Source of the DNA: an uncultured Candidatus Saccharibacteria bacterium
GTDB lineage: Bacteria; Patescibacteriota; Doudnabacteria; UBA920
Direction of reading: 5' to 3'
NCBI GenBank assembly: GCA_964547145.1
Contig: CAZJLL010000063.1
Span: forward strand, 1 to 31,333
Length of the DNA stretch: 31,333 nucleotides
Shown here: positions 7,680 through 16,451 of the stretch, piece after piece
How the letters are laid out: each line of letters begins with the position of its first letter
Numbering within the stretch: position 1 is the stretch's first letter
The notes under the pieces: model-generated
Seen by the model: the letters and a program-made list of their open reading frames with translations, nothing else
Database searches by the model: none
Told to the model about the DNA's origin: nothing
Program-made: the position numbers and the translations under genes

Positions 7680-7716
7680 AATTAAAAATTCCCAATGTCT
7701 TGGGAATTTTTAATTT
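7679..7716 (+). terminator. 17-bp-stem hairpin (terminator of the ancestral tRNA gene)
   Basis: AAATTAAAAATTCCCAA-tgtc-TTGGGAATTTTTAATTT, a perfect inverted repeat. Confidence 0.75.
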
Positions 7717-7744
7717 GCCCGACGTAGCCTTGGCGAAGTCGGGC
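7717..7744. repeat. Short GC-rich palindromic element
   Basis: GCCCGAC-gtagccttggcgaa-GTCGGGC. Similar short GC hairpins occur at 1204-1220, 1357-1369 and about 29482-29507. Confidence 0.6.
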
Positions 7745-7773
7745 TGCTAGAATCAGCATACTTGATACTATCA

Positions 7774-7890
7774 CTCATTTTCTACGAAGCCTTCCCATCT
7801 AAAGCCTACACCTTAAGACGAGAAGCCTACTTTAAAACCACCGAGGACAAAGTTACTCTAAGACAAATAATAAAGGAATATTTAAAGTAA
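7774..7890 (+). pseudogene. C-terminal remnant of a small GIY-YIG nuclease family gene
   Basis: Frame reads LIFYEAFPSKAYTLRREAYFKTTEDKVTLRQIIKEYLK*. This matches the 'L.YYE.....A..RE..LK' tail of stand-alone GIY-YIG proteins. No start codon or GIY/YIG motifs upstream. Confidence 0.7.
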
Positions 7891-8022
7891 GCAGATAGCC
7901 GAGGTAAAATCTCCACCGGACCTACCATATGATAACTGTTACCTACGGTTACTTACCCGCTGGACAAAAAACCAAAACCGCGCAAAAATAAGGGCAAGAG
8001 GGCATTAACCTAAGTTTATCTT

Positions 8023-8400
8023 ATGAATTCGCGCACCAAGCAAATTCTGATCATTGCAGGGGTCATTATTGTCCTGCTGGTTGTTGGCTGGCTCTTAAAA
8101 GCCAGGCATTCGGCCAAAGAAGAAGCCGCACCGGCAGCGCCGCAAACCCAAAATGCGGACAACCAGGCCAGTGCCGCCGCACCGGCCGGCGAAGACCAGG
8201 CCAGCACCTGGACCGGCACGCTGAAAGCCTCCGCCAATCCGGCCAAAGGCAATTTGGTTTTAGTCACCAGCGACCAAACTATTTATATTAAAACCAGCCG
8301 CGATTTTGCCTCCCTGGTCGGCAAAACGGTAAAGGTAACTTACCAGGGCACGCCGCAAAATTTCGTCCTGGGCGATATCACCCTGGCGGAACAACAATAA
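8023..8400 (+). CDS. Membrane-anchored hypothetical protein (TM, Ala/Pro linker, small beta domain)
   Basis: Hydrophobic ILIIAGVIIVLLVVGWLL, low-complexity linker, beta-rich C-terminus; 3 bp before the next gene. Confidence 0.85.
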   Translation: MNSRTKQILIIAGVIIVLLVVGWLLKARHSAKEEAAPAAPQTQNADNQASAAAPAGEDQASTWTGTLKASANPAKGNLVLVTSDQTIYIKTSRDFASLVGKTVKVTYQGTPQNFVLGDITLAEQQ

Positions 8401-8403
8401 TAA

Positions 8404-9333
8404 ATGCTGCTGGAAACTTTTCACCACTTTCCGGATTTTGAATTGCTGGATAGCGGGGCGGGTTATCGCTTAGAGCGCTGGGGCCAAGCCATTCTGGCCC
8501 GGCCCGACCCGCAGGCTATTTGGCAAAAATCCCTGCCCGAAACCGCCTGGCAAACAGCCTGGGCGGTTTTTCGGGCGGCAGCCGGCAAAGAGCGCGGACA
8601 CTGGCAAGTTAGCCGCCCCCTGCCCCAGCCCTGGCTGCTTAATTTCCACGAAACAAAATTCCTGCTCAAACCATCCCCTTTCAAGCACACCGGCCTGTTT
8701 GCCGAACAGGCGGCGCAATGGGAATGGCTGACTAGCAAGTTATCAAGTTCTTCAGGTAATAAAGCTAACAAATCCGATGCACATTTAAAAAACTCTCCGC
8801 CTGACAACCTTGTAACTGGCAAATTAAAAATTCTAAATTTATTTGGTTACACCGGCGGTGCTACCATGGTCTTGGCCAAAGCCGGCTGCCAGGTTACGCA
8901 CGTGGACGCCAGCAAGCCCGCCTTAGCCTGGGCCGGCGAAAATGCCCGGCTCAACCAGCTGCCGAAAGAGGCAGTCCGCTGGATTCTGGATGATGCCGGT
9001 AAATTCGTCAAACGCGAGCTTAAGCGCGGCAGCCGCTATCATGGCATTATTATGGATCCGCCGGCCTTTGGCCATGGCCCGTCCGGCAAAACCTGGAAAT
9101 TCAGCGAGGACTTGCCGGGCCTGCTTGGCGACTGCGCTGCGCTGCTGGCGGACGATGCCCGCTTTTTGCTGGTCAACGGCTATGCCACCAATTCTTCCGC
9201 CCTGGCCTTGGGCAATCTTCTGGAAGACGCCATGCACCGGCACCCGGGCAAAATAGAATCCGGCGAACTTTGCCTGAGGCAAAAAAACCAACGACTCCTT
9301 TCCACCGGCATCTTTGCCAGATGGAACAGCTAA
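8404..9333 (+). CDS. Class I SAM-dependent methyltransferase, RlmI/RlmK-like family
   Basis: KHTGLFAEQ, motif I KILNLFGYTGG, THVDAS, GIIMDPPAFG. Carries an AT-rich in-frame insert. Confidence 0.9.
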   Translation: MLLETFHHFPDFELLDSGAGYRLERWGQAILARPDPQAIWQKSLPETAWQTAWAVFRAAAGKERGHWQVSRPLPQPWLLNFHETKFLLKPSPFKHTGLFAEQAAQWEWLTSKLSSSSGNKANKSDAHLKNSPPDNLVTGKLKILNLFGYTGGATMVLAKAGCQVTHVDASKPALAWAGENARLNQLPKEAVRWILDDAGKFVKRELKRGSRYHGIIMDPPAFGHGPSGKTWKFSEDLPGLLGDCAALLADDARFLLVNGYATNSSALALGNLLEDAMHRHPGKIESGELCLRQKNQRLLSTGIFARWNS

Positions 9334-9369
9334 AAAAACAGGCCGCCCTGAATCGGGCGGCTTGTTTTT
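9334..9369. terminator. Bidirectional intrinsic terminator between convergent genes
   Basis: AAAAACAGGCCGCCC-tgaatc-GGGCGGCTTGTTTTT. Confidence 0.85.
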
Positions 9370-9386
9370 AAATTGCACGAAACTGT

Positions 9387-9776
9387 TTACGGCTTGTTTC
9401 CATCCGGCTCCAAATAGCTTCTGACTTTACCATATAAATCATCCAGCGTCAGACTGCCCTTAATCAGATATTCCTTCACCCCCTGGTCCAGCAGCATCTG
9501 CTTAAGCTCCGGCTTGTCCAGGTTAGTCAGCACTATCACCGGCACCTGCTGCAGCCGGGGCTGGCTTTGCAAGAAATCCAGAATGCCGGTGGAGCCGTCC
9601 TCTTTGGTCAACAGCAGGTCCAGTACCACGACTTCCGGCGTCACCGTCGCCAAAATTTTTTTTGCTTCTTCCGGCGTGGCCGCGGCATAGACTTCGGTTT
9701 CCCAGGTTTCAAACCGCTGCTTCAGCGTGTTTAGAATCAGGACATCATCGTCTACCATTAGAATGGTATGCTTCAT
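9387..9776 (-). CDS. Stand-alone response regulator receiver (CheY-like) protein
   Basis: ILMVDDD, phospho-acceptor VVLDLLL, VIVLTN, YLIKG; no output domain. Confidence 0.93.
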   Translation of the reverse strand: MKHTILMVDDDVLILNTLKQRFETWETEVYAAATPEEAKKILATVTPEVVVLDLLLTKEDGSTGILDFLQSQPRLQQVPVIVLTNLDKPELKQMLLDQGVKEYLIKGSLTLDDLYGKVRSYLEPDGNKP

Positions 9777-9804
9777 AATACCAACGAAAATCGGTTAATT
9801 TTAA

Positions 9805-10368
9805 TCAAACCTCGGTCGGATCCGCCAGCGACCGGCCTAAAATTATTAAAAACGCCAGCGGCGCCAGCAGCCAGAAAAAAGACGCGTTGGCGGATAAAAA
9901 GACGAAAGTTACCAGCGGAGTAAAGCTTTTGCCGGTGACGGCCAAATAAGTCAAAATAGTGTTAATCAGCAGGCCGACCTGCAGAATGGCAAAAACCAAA
10001 GTGAACGGAATGTCCAGAAAATGCCGGCCGTCCGCCGAGGTCCGGAAGGCGTAGCGGCTGAGCAGGATGAACAAGACGGAAAAAATCAGCAGAAAGCTGA
10101 CCAGCTCCTGCAGGGACGACAGGGTGCTGGGCAATTTCTGGTCAATCACCCCGGCCAGCCAGGGCGCCTGCAGCACCAACAGCTTGGCAATGTACAAGCT
10201 CATTAGCAGGCTGATGGACCGGCCGCGGCCGGCCGCAAAAGCATAAAAGACGCTGGCCACGCCCCAAAATAAAAAAATAAACAAATCCCAGGACGGGTTG
10301 TGCCAATTAAAGCCCTGGACCAGCTGGCTGACCTGGGAAACCGCATCGGCGCTTGTGCTTGCAAACAT
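9805..10368 (-). CDS. Hypothetical integral membrane protein (about 5 TM helices)
   Basis: Multiple hydrophobic segments; preceded by a TGnTATAAT-like element near 10395-10403. Confidence 0.85.
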   Translation of the reverse strand: MFASTSADAVSQVSQLVQGFNWHNPSWDLFIFLFWGVASVFYAFAAGRGRSISLLMSLYIAKLLVLQAPWLAGVIDQKLPSTLSSLQELVSFLLIFSVLFILLSRYAFRTSADGRHFLDIPFTLVFAILQVGLLINTILTYLAVTGKSFTPLVTFVFLSANASFFWLLAPLAFLIILGRSLADPTEV

Positions 10369-10414
10369 TTTTGTTTAAAAAACAAATTTGCTTAATTATA
10401 GCACCTTTCGGCGC

Positions 10415-10451
10415 AAAAAAATACCCCAAAGGCAGCCGGCCTTTGTGGTAT
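10415..10451 (-). terminator. Terminator after dnaJ
   Basis: ATACC-CCAAAGGC-agccg-GCCTTTG-TGGTAT hairpin with a T run on the minus strand. Confidence 0.65.
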
Positions 10452-10462
10452 AAAGATAAATT

Positions 10463-11614
10463 TTAGTTAAACGACTCTTTTATACTGTTCCACAAACCTT
10501 CATCCACTTCTACGGTTTCGCCGCGCTCGGCGGCCAGAGTTTTCAGCAGTTCCTTTTCCTTTTTTGTCAGCTTCTTGGGGACGACCACGCGCGCGGTCAA
10601 CAGCAAATCACCCCGGCTGTCCGGCTGGTTAATATGCGGCACGCCCTTATGCCGGATGCGGAACACGGTGTCCGGCTGCGTACCGGCCGGAATTTTCAGT
10701 TCAATCTCGCCGTCCAGGGTTTTGACAAAAATTTTCGCCCCCAGCGCGCTCTGGGTAAAGCTGACCGGCACGTCTTTAAGCAGGTTAAAGCCGTCGCGGC
10801 GGAACTCGCGGTCAGGCCGGACGGTTACCGCCAAATACAGATCGCCCGGCGCCGAACCCCGATAGCCGGCCTCGCCCTCGCCGGCTACCCGGATGCGCTG
10901 GCCATCCTCAATGCCGGCCGGAATTTTTACGGCAATCGTCTTTTCCTGGCGCCGGGCGCCGCTGCCGCCGCAGGCTTCGCAAGGCTGCTCCGGCACTTTG
11001 CCCTGGCCCTGGCAGCGGTCGCAGACGGCGGAAGAAGCAATGGTGCCGAAAATAGTCCGCCGCGTGGTCCGAATCTGGCCCTGGCCATGGCACTTGGGGC
11101 AAGCAACAACCTTGCTGCCGGGCTTGGCGCCGCTGCCGCCGCAAACAGAGCAGGCGTCCTGCTTGTCCAGCGTAATGTTTTTCTCCGCGCCAAAGACCGC
11201 TTCTTCAAAAGTTATGGTCAAGCCGATTTCTAAATCAATCCCGCGGTTGCGGCGGCTGGCACGCTCCTGGCGGCCGCCGAAAATGTCGCCGAAAATGTCG
11301 CCCAAATCGCTAAAGCCGCCAAAATCCGCGCCATTAAAATCCCAGCCCGCCGGCCCGCCGGCCCCGCCGCCAAACGGATTATAGCCCGCACCGGCCCCGC
11401 CACCGTCAAAAACCCGGCCGTACTGGTCGTATTGCTGGCGCTTCTGGGCGTCGGACAATACCTGATAGGCTTCGTTAACCTGCTTGAATTTTTCCGCATT
11501 GCCGCTGCCCTTGTCCGGATGGAATTCATGAGCCTTTTTGCGGAACGCCCTTTTTATTTCGTCGGCAGAGGCGCCTTTAGAAACGCCTAAAATATCATAG
11601 TAGTCGGTTGCCAT
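10463..11614 (-). CDS. dnaJ: Molecular chaperone DnaJ
   Basis: J domain with HPD, G/F-rich linker, four CxxCxGxG repeats, C-terminal substrate domain. Confidence 0.99.
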   Translation of the reverse strand: MATDYYDILGVSKGASADEIKRAFRKKAHEFHPDKGSGNAEKFKQVNEAYQVLSDAQKRQQYDQYGRVFDGGGAGAGYNPFGGGAGGPAGWDFNGADFGGFSDLGDIFGDIFGGRQERASRRNRGIDLEIGLTITFEEAVFGAEKNITLDKQDACSVCGGSGAKPGSKVVACPKCHGQGQIRTTRRTIFGTIASSAVCDRCQGQGKVPEQPCEACGGSGARRQEKTIAVKIPAGIEDGQRIRVAGEGEAGYRGSAPGDLYLAVTVRPDREFRRDGFNLLKDVPVSFTQSALGAKIFVKTLDGEIELKIPAGTQPDTVFRIRHKGVPHINQPDSRGDLLLTARVVVPKKLTKKEKELLKTLAAERGETVEVDEGLWNSIKESFN

Positions 11615-11626
11615 GTTGCGCGAAAG

Positions 11627-11920
11627 TTATTCAGTCTTAAAACCGATTTTCTTCTCCGGCAGCGCCGGGGCGCCGACAGCGCCGAATTCCGCCTCATAGC
11701 GCTGCAGATTATCCTGCATGGCCGCGACCATCCGCTTAAAATGCGCCGGCGACATAATTACCCGCGCACCGACAATGCCGTGCGGCGGCAGCACGTTCAT
11801 AAAGTCGATAAAAAACTCTTCCGGCGTATGGGCGACCTGGGCGAGATTGGCATAAACTCCCTGCAGCACCTCGTCCGCAATTTTTACCTGCAGCTGCTGA
11901 TCCGAAGAAGATTTTTCCAT
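11627..11920 (-). CDS. DUF3467-family protein
   Basis: GVYANLAQVAHTPEEFFIDF...ARVIMSPAHFKRMVAAMQDNL matches the family pattern as I recall it. Confidence 0.8.
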   Translation of the reverse strand: MEKSSSDQQLQVKIADEVLQGVYANLAQVAHTPEEFFIDFMNVLPPHGIVGARVIMSPAHFKRMVAAMQDNLQRYEAEFGAVGAPALPEKKIGFKTE

Positions 11921-11934
11921 AAGTGAAATGTCAA

Positions 11935-12678
11935 TTAATTAAATTGGGTTTTTAATTGCTGCAGGGCTGCCTTTTCCGCGGCGCAAAAATCGGCAGGCGA
12001 GGTCTGGCTGTAGAGTTCATACGGCCGGCCGCCAATACCCGGAGGCGTTTTCATAACGCAGCCGTCATCGCTGCCGGCGGGCAGGCCCAGCTGGCCGCCG
12101 AAAGCGCGCAGCAAGCTGGTCAGCAGATACTCGTTCTGGTGCTGGCCCAAAGCCCCCAAAAAACTCCGATGGGCGGACAGCGATACGACCAGGCCGAATT
12201 CCTGATATGGCGCCGCCAGTTCTTCCGCGCTGCGCGGGCTGTAATCCTGGGTGAAAAAGACCAGCAAATTGCTGCCGCCGGGCGGGGTTTGGATGGCGGC
12301 CTTAAAACGGAACGTATCCAGGTTGGCCAGCGGCACCGTGCCGTCGCTGACCGCGCCGCCATAAACCAGCTCGGTCCGCCGGCCGGTGGCAGCTGCCACC
12401 CGGTCTGCGAATTCCTGCAGCAGATTCTGGTCCACGTCTTCCGCCTGCGGCTTGAACCATTCAATCATAACCGGCCCCTGGCCGCTCAGATATTCGCCGC
12501 GGGCATCGCCGGGCCGGTGCAATCCGAAAGCGGTGCGCAGCCAGGAATACTCGCCTAAGCGAAAACGGATGGTCTGGTTAAAATGGCTGGCTGGATTGCC
12601 CAGCACCATAATTTTCACCGCGCCAAAGGCGGCCAGCAGCAGAATCAGAATGGTGAAAAAAATGGCTTTGAAGGACAT
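11935..12678 (-). CDS. Membrane-anchored protein resembling a catalytically dead metzincin-type protease
   Basis: N-terminal TM; C-terminal LLRAFGGQLGLPAGSDDGCVM sits where HExxHxxGxxH plus the Met-turn would be; terminal FCAAE. Confidence 0.75.
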   Translation of the reverse strand: MSFKAIFFTILILLLAAFGAVKIMVLGNPASHFNQTIRFRLGEYSWLRTAFGLHRPGDARGEYLSGQGPVMIEWFKPQAEDVDQNLLQEFADRVAAATGRRTELVYGGAVSDGTVPLANLDTFRFKAAIQTPPGGSNLLVFFTQDYSPRSAEELAAPYQEFGLVVSLSAHRSFLGALGQHQNEYLLTSLLRAFGGQLGLPAGSDDGCVMKTPPGIGGRPYELYSQTSPADFCAAEKAALQQLKTQFN

Positions 12679-12682
12679 GGCG

Positions 12683-14545
12683 CTATTTTACTTCCTTATA
12701 TTCGGCGTCCACCGGCCCCTGCTCCTGCGGCGGCTTTTGTTCGCCGCCCGGCTGGGCGGCTCCCGCCGCCGCATCCGGCCCCTGCTGATACATAGCCGCG
12801 CCGACTTTCTGCACGGCTTCGCTCAATTCATCCAGCGCTTTCTTAATAGCTTCCGCGTCGTCCTTGTCTCTTACTTCTTTCAACGCCTTAATTTTCTCTT
12901 CCACCACGCTCTTGTCTTCCGCTTTAACCTTGTCGCCGCCGTCTTTTAAGGTCTTTTCGCTGACGCTGATTAAAGTGTCGGCCTGATTGCGCAAATCCAC
13001 CGTCTCCTTGCGCTTGCGGTCCTCAGCGGCGTGCGCTTCCGCTTCCTTTTTCATGCGTTCAATTTCGTCCTTGCTCAAATTGGAAGAACCCTGGATGGTA
13101 ATATGCTGCTCTTTGTTCGTGGCTTTGTCCTTGGCTTTGACCGAGAGGATGCCGTTAGCGTCAATGTCAAAAGTCACTTCTACCTGCGGCACGCCGCGCG
13201 GGGACGGCGGAATGCCGTCCAAAATAAACCGGCCGAGCGATTTGTTGTCCGCGGCAAAATCCCGCTCGCCCTGCAGCACGTGGACTTCCACGCTGGTCTG
13301 GTTGTCGGCAAAAGTGCTGAAAGTCTGGCTCTTGGACGTCGGGATGGTGGTATTGCGCTCAATCATCGGCGTGCGCACGCCGCCGGCCGTTTCAATGCCC
13401 AAAGTCAGCGGGGTTACGTCCAGCAGCAGGATTTCCTTGCCCTGCACGTCGCCGCCCAAAATGCCGGCCTGGATGGCCGCGCCCTTGGCCACGGCCTCCA
13501 TCGGGTCAATGCCGCCTTCCACCGCCTTGCCGATAAACTCCTCCACAAATTTCTTGACGGCGGGCATGCGGGTCGGGCCGCCGATTAAGATAATTTTATC
13601 AATCTGGGCGGGCGTCAGCTTGGCGTCGGCAATAGCCTGCTGCACCGGCTGGCGCATGCGTTCCACAATCGGCTTAATCAATTCTTCCAGCTTGGCCCTG
13701 GTAATCTTCATCTGCAAATGCTTGGGCCCGCCGGCATCCGCGGTAATGAACGGCAGGTTTAAATCGGTTTCCAGAGTGGTGGACAACTCAATTTTTGCCT
13801 TTTCCGCAGCTTCGCGCACGCGGTTCATGGCCATCTTGTCGCCGGTAATATCCACGCCGCTGCTCTGTTTAAAATCGCCGGCAATATAATCAATCAGGGC
13901 CTTGTCCATATCCTTGCCGCCCAGCTGGGTGTCGCCGGAGGTAGATAGCACTTCAAAAGTCGCCTGGCCGTCCACTTCGGAAAAGTCCATAATGGTCACG
14001 TCCAGGGTGCCGCCGCCCAGGTCAAACACTAAAATCTTCTGATCCTTGGACGAACTCTTGTCCAGGCCGTAAGCAAAAGCGGCTGCCGTCGGTTCATTAA
14101 TCACGCGCACCACTTCCAGGCCGGCAATCTCGCCGGCATTCTTAGTCGCCTGCCGCTGGGAGTCGTCAAAATAAGCCGGCACGGTTACCACAGCCTTGGT
14201 TACCGGTTCGCCCAAAAAGGTTTCCGCGTCTTTCTTGATCTTTTGCAGAATGAATGCCGAAATCTGTTCCGGGCTGTAGTCCTTGCCACTGACTGTATAG
14301 CGGAAATTTGTGCCCATTTTCCGCTTAGCTTCAAAAATCGTGCCATCCGGATTGGTTACCGCCTGGCGGCGGGCCGGCTCGCCCACCAACAGCTGGCCTT
14401 CCTTGGTAAAAGCTACATAGGACGGAAAAGCCTTGCCGCCTAAGGAGGCGCCTTCCGCCGCCGGAATAATGACCGGCTTGCCGGCCTCCATCACCGAGGC
14501 CGCGCTGTTGGAAGTACCCAAGTCAATACCGATAATTTTAGACAT
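12683..14545 (-). CDS. dnaK: Molecular chaperone DnaK (Hsp70)
   Basis: [38 protein letters not shown]. Lacks the subdomain IB insert typical of diderm proteobacterial DnaK. Confidence 0.99.
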   Translation of the reverse strand: MSKIIGIDLGTSNSAASVMEAGKPVIIPAAEGASLGGKAFPSYVAFTKEGQLLVGEPARRQAVTNPDGTIFEAKRKMGTNFRYTVSGKDYSPEQISAFILQKIKKDAETFLGEPVTKAVVTVPAYFDDSQRQATKNAGEIAGLEVVRVINEPTAAAFAYGLDKSSSKDQKILVFDLGGGTLDVTIMDFSEVDGQATFEVLSTSGDTQLGGKDMDKALIDYIAGDFKQSSGVDITGDKMAMNRVREAAEKAKIELSTTLETDLNLPFITADAGGPKHLQMKITRAKLEELIKPIVERMRQPVQQAIADAKLTPAQIDKIILIGGPTRMPAVKKFVEEFIGKAVEGGIDPMEAVAKGAAIQAGILGGDVQGKEILLLDVTPLTLGIETAGGVRTPMIERNTTIPTSKSQTFSTFADNQTSVEVHVLQGERDFAADNKSLGRFILDGIPPSPRGVPQVEVTFDIDANGILSVKAKDKATNKEQHITIQGSSNLSKDEIERMKKEAEAHAAEDRKRKETVDLRNQADTLISVSEKTLKDGGDKVKAEDKSVVEEKIKALKEVRDKDDAEAIKKALDELSEAVQKVGAAMYQQGPDAAAGAAQPGGEQKPPQEQGPVDAEYKEVK

Positions 14546-14586
14546 AGAGTTTCTTGAATAACTTATTAATGAAAAACTAAACCGAT

Positions 14587-14934
14587 TTAAAACTTTTCCC
14601 GGGACATCTGCGTCCGGCCCGGCTCGGCCAGGTCGCCAAGCAAAATTTCAAACGCCTGCCGGTATTGGCCGTCCGGATCAACCATGAACGGCCAGGGCTG
14701 GTCGGTTCGGATAATCTTCCGTTTGGCGCCGCTGCCACTAAGCTCCAGCGTATAATGCCCGCCCGAATACTCGTTAAACTTTGTCACCGCATAGCCGCCG
14801 CCAAGAAAAGAGATAATGTCGGCCACCAGTTTTTTATCAAACCGTTCGGCCAGCGGGCGCAATTCCCGCTGCTGATCCGGCTGCCGGATATTCTGTTCCG
14901 GATTTATTTCATGCCCGCCTGATGTTTCGTTCAT
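14587..14934 (-). CDS. Hypothetical protein between grpE and dnaK
   Basis: 115-aa co-oriented ORF filling the grpE-dnaK gap; no recognised motif. Confidence 0.65.
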   Translation of the reverse strand: MNETSGGHEINPEQNIRQPDQQRELRPLAERFDKKLVADIISFLGGGYAVTKFNEYSGGHYTLELSGSGAKRKIIRTDQPWPFMVDPDGQYRQAFEILLGDLAEPGRTQMSREKF

Positions 14935-14977
14935 ATAGTGATAATCTTTACTAATAGATTCAAGCTCAGGGTCGTAT

Positions 14978-15490
14978 CTATAATTTACGCTTACTGATTA
15001 CTACCTGGCTGGGGCGGATGACCTTGCCGTTCAATTCAAAGCCGGTCTGCAATTCCTCCACCACCATCTGGTCCTGCTCGCCTTCCACCTCGCGCACCGC
15101 TTCGTGGAAATTCGGGTCGAATTTTTTGCCTACCGCTTCAATTTTCCGCACGCCCAGCTCGGCCAAGGTTTTATCCAGCTGGCCGACAATGCCGGTTACG
15201 CCCGCCTGCCAGTTCCGGTATTTACCGGCAAACTCCGGGTCATCCGCCGCCGGCAAGTGCCGCAATGCCTGCTCCAGGCTGTCCAGCGTAGGCAACAGCT
15301 TGGCCACCGTAACTTCCCGGGCGAATTCCACCAGTTCCCGGTTTTCTGTCTCCTTGCGGCGCTTGTAATTTTCAAAGTCCGCCGCCGTCCGCTTCCAGCC
15401 GTTCATGGCGGAATCAAGATCGGATTGCAGCTTATCCAAAGTTATTTCGCTGCTCTGGCCCGGCACCTGGCTGTTCTGTTCGTCAGACAT
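14978..15490 (-). CDS. grpE: Nucleotide exchange factor GrpE
   Basis: RTAADFENYKRR, GKKFDPNFHEAV, GFELNGKVIRPSQVVI. Confidence 0.98.
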   Translation of the reverse strand: MSDEQNSQVPGQSSEITLDKLQSDLDSAMNGWKRTAADFENYKRRKETENRELVEFAREVTVAKLLPTLDSLEQALRHLPAADDPEFAGKYRNWQAGVTGIVGQLDKTLAELGVRKIEAVGKKFDPNFHEAVREVEGEQDQMVVEELQTGFELNGKVIRPSQVVISKRKL

Positions 15491-15511
15491 AGTAATTTAT
15501 CTAATCAAAAA

Positions 15512-16306
15512 TCATTTAATCATAAAAACCAGCGCCACGCCTACGCCGCCGCCCAGCAGCTTGGCGATATATTCCATCAGGGACAGATTTTTTTCATATT
15601 TCATGCTCTTGGGGCCGACCAGGCCAATGACGCCTTTCTTGCCCGATGGCAGCTGCAGCCCGGAAACAATCATGGAATAATCCGCCTCGGCCCGGTCGGC
15701 GTGGCGGGACGGGTCGCTGTTTTTGGCCAAGCTGATCTCCCGGCCGATTTTTGCCTCGGGTCCGCGGCCGGCGTATTCGCTAATCAGCCGCTCGGCATGC
15801 GCGTCAATGTCGTCAAAAAACCGGGCAATTTCTTTAGCATCTTCCGCCGGCAGCGCCGGGTTGTCCAAAATATTGGCCAGGCCGGTGGTGGACACCTCTT
15901 CGGGAAAAACTGCGAACGATGCCTGGTTGGAATGCTCAGACAGCATTTTGGCCAGCCGGCGCCCGATTTCCGCATGTACCGCCTGGAGTTTCAACATTTC
16001 CCGCCGCAATTCTTCCTGTTCTTTCAGCGTCAGCTTTACCTTGTCCATCAGCTGGTTGACAAAGTAGCGGAAACCCTTGTCCGTCGGCACGCGGCCGGAC
16101 GAAGTATGGGGCTGGGCAATATAGCCCATTTTTTCCAGCACCTGCATCTCGTTGCGGATGGTGGGGCTGCTGACGCCGAACTGATATTTTTCGGTAATAT
16201 CGGCGCTGGCCACCGGCTGGGCGCTGTCGCAATGCTCTTTGACAATGGCCGCCAAAATCTTAGCTTGGCGCAGGGTTAATTCGGGGCTGGCGGTTTTTTG
16301 GTTCAT
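15512..16306 (-). CDS. hrcA: Heat-inducible transcription repressor HrcA (short form)
   Basis: LTLRQAKILAAIVKEH, VSSPTIRNEMQVLEKMGYIAQPHTSSGRVPTDKGFRYFV, GVIGLVGPKSMKY; position upstream of grpE. Confidence 0.95.
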   Translation of the reverse strand: MNQKTASPELTLRQAKILAAIVKEHCDSAQPVASADITEKYQFGVSSPTIRNEMQVLEKMGYIAQPHTSSGRVPTDKGFRYFVNQLMDKVKLTLKEQEELRREMLKLQAVHAEIGRRLAKMLSEHSNQASFAVFPEEVSTTGLANILDNPALPAEDAKEIARFFDDIDAHAERLISEYAGRGPEAKIGREISLAKNSDPSRHADRAEADYSMIVSGLQLPSGKKGVIGLVGPKSMKYEKNLSLMEYIAKLLGGGVGVALVFMIK

Positions 16307-16327
16307 AAGTTTATCCGTGTAGTTTTG

Positions 16328-16363
16328 ATGGTATCATTATCACTCCATGGTGTCAAGTGATAA
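16328..16363 (-). promoter_or_regulatory. Sigma70 promoter overlapped by a CIRCE-like operator
   Basis: Minus strand TTGACA (16351-16356), 17 bp, TACCAT (16328-16333). Inverted repeat TTATCACTC-N9-AAGTGATAA at 16337-16363, versus canonical TTAGCACTC-N9-GAGTGCTAA. Confidence 0.88.
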
Positions 16364-16404
16364 TTCTGCCTCCCGGCCATCCGCACAAAACGTCGTCAAA
16401 AGAC

Positions 16405-16433
16405 AAAAAAACTCCCCCTGATTAAGGGGGAGT
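16405..16433 (-). terminator. Terminator after the RRM gene
   Basis: ACTCCCCCT-gatta-AGGGGGAGT followed by a T run on the minus strand. Confidence 0.8.
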
Positions 16434-16451
16434 GAAAATCCAAAAAAGATT

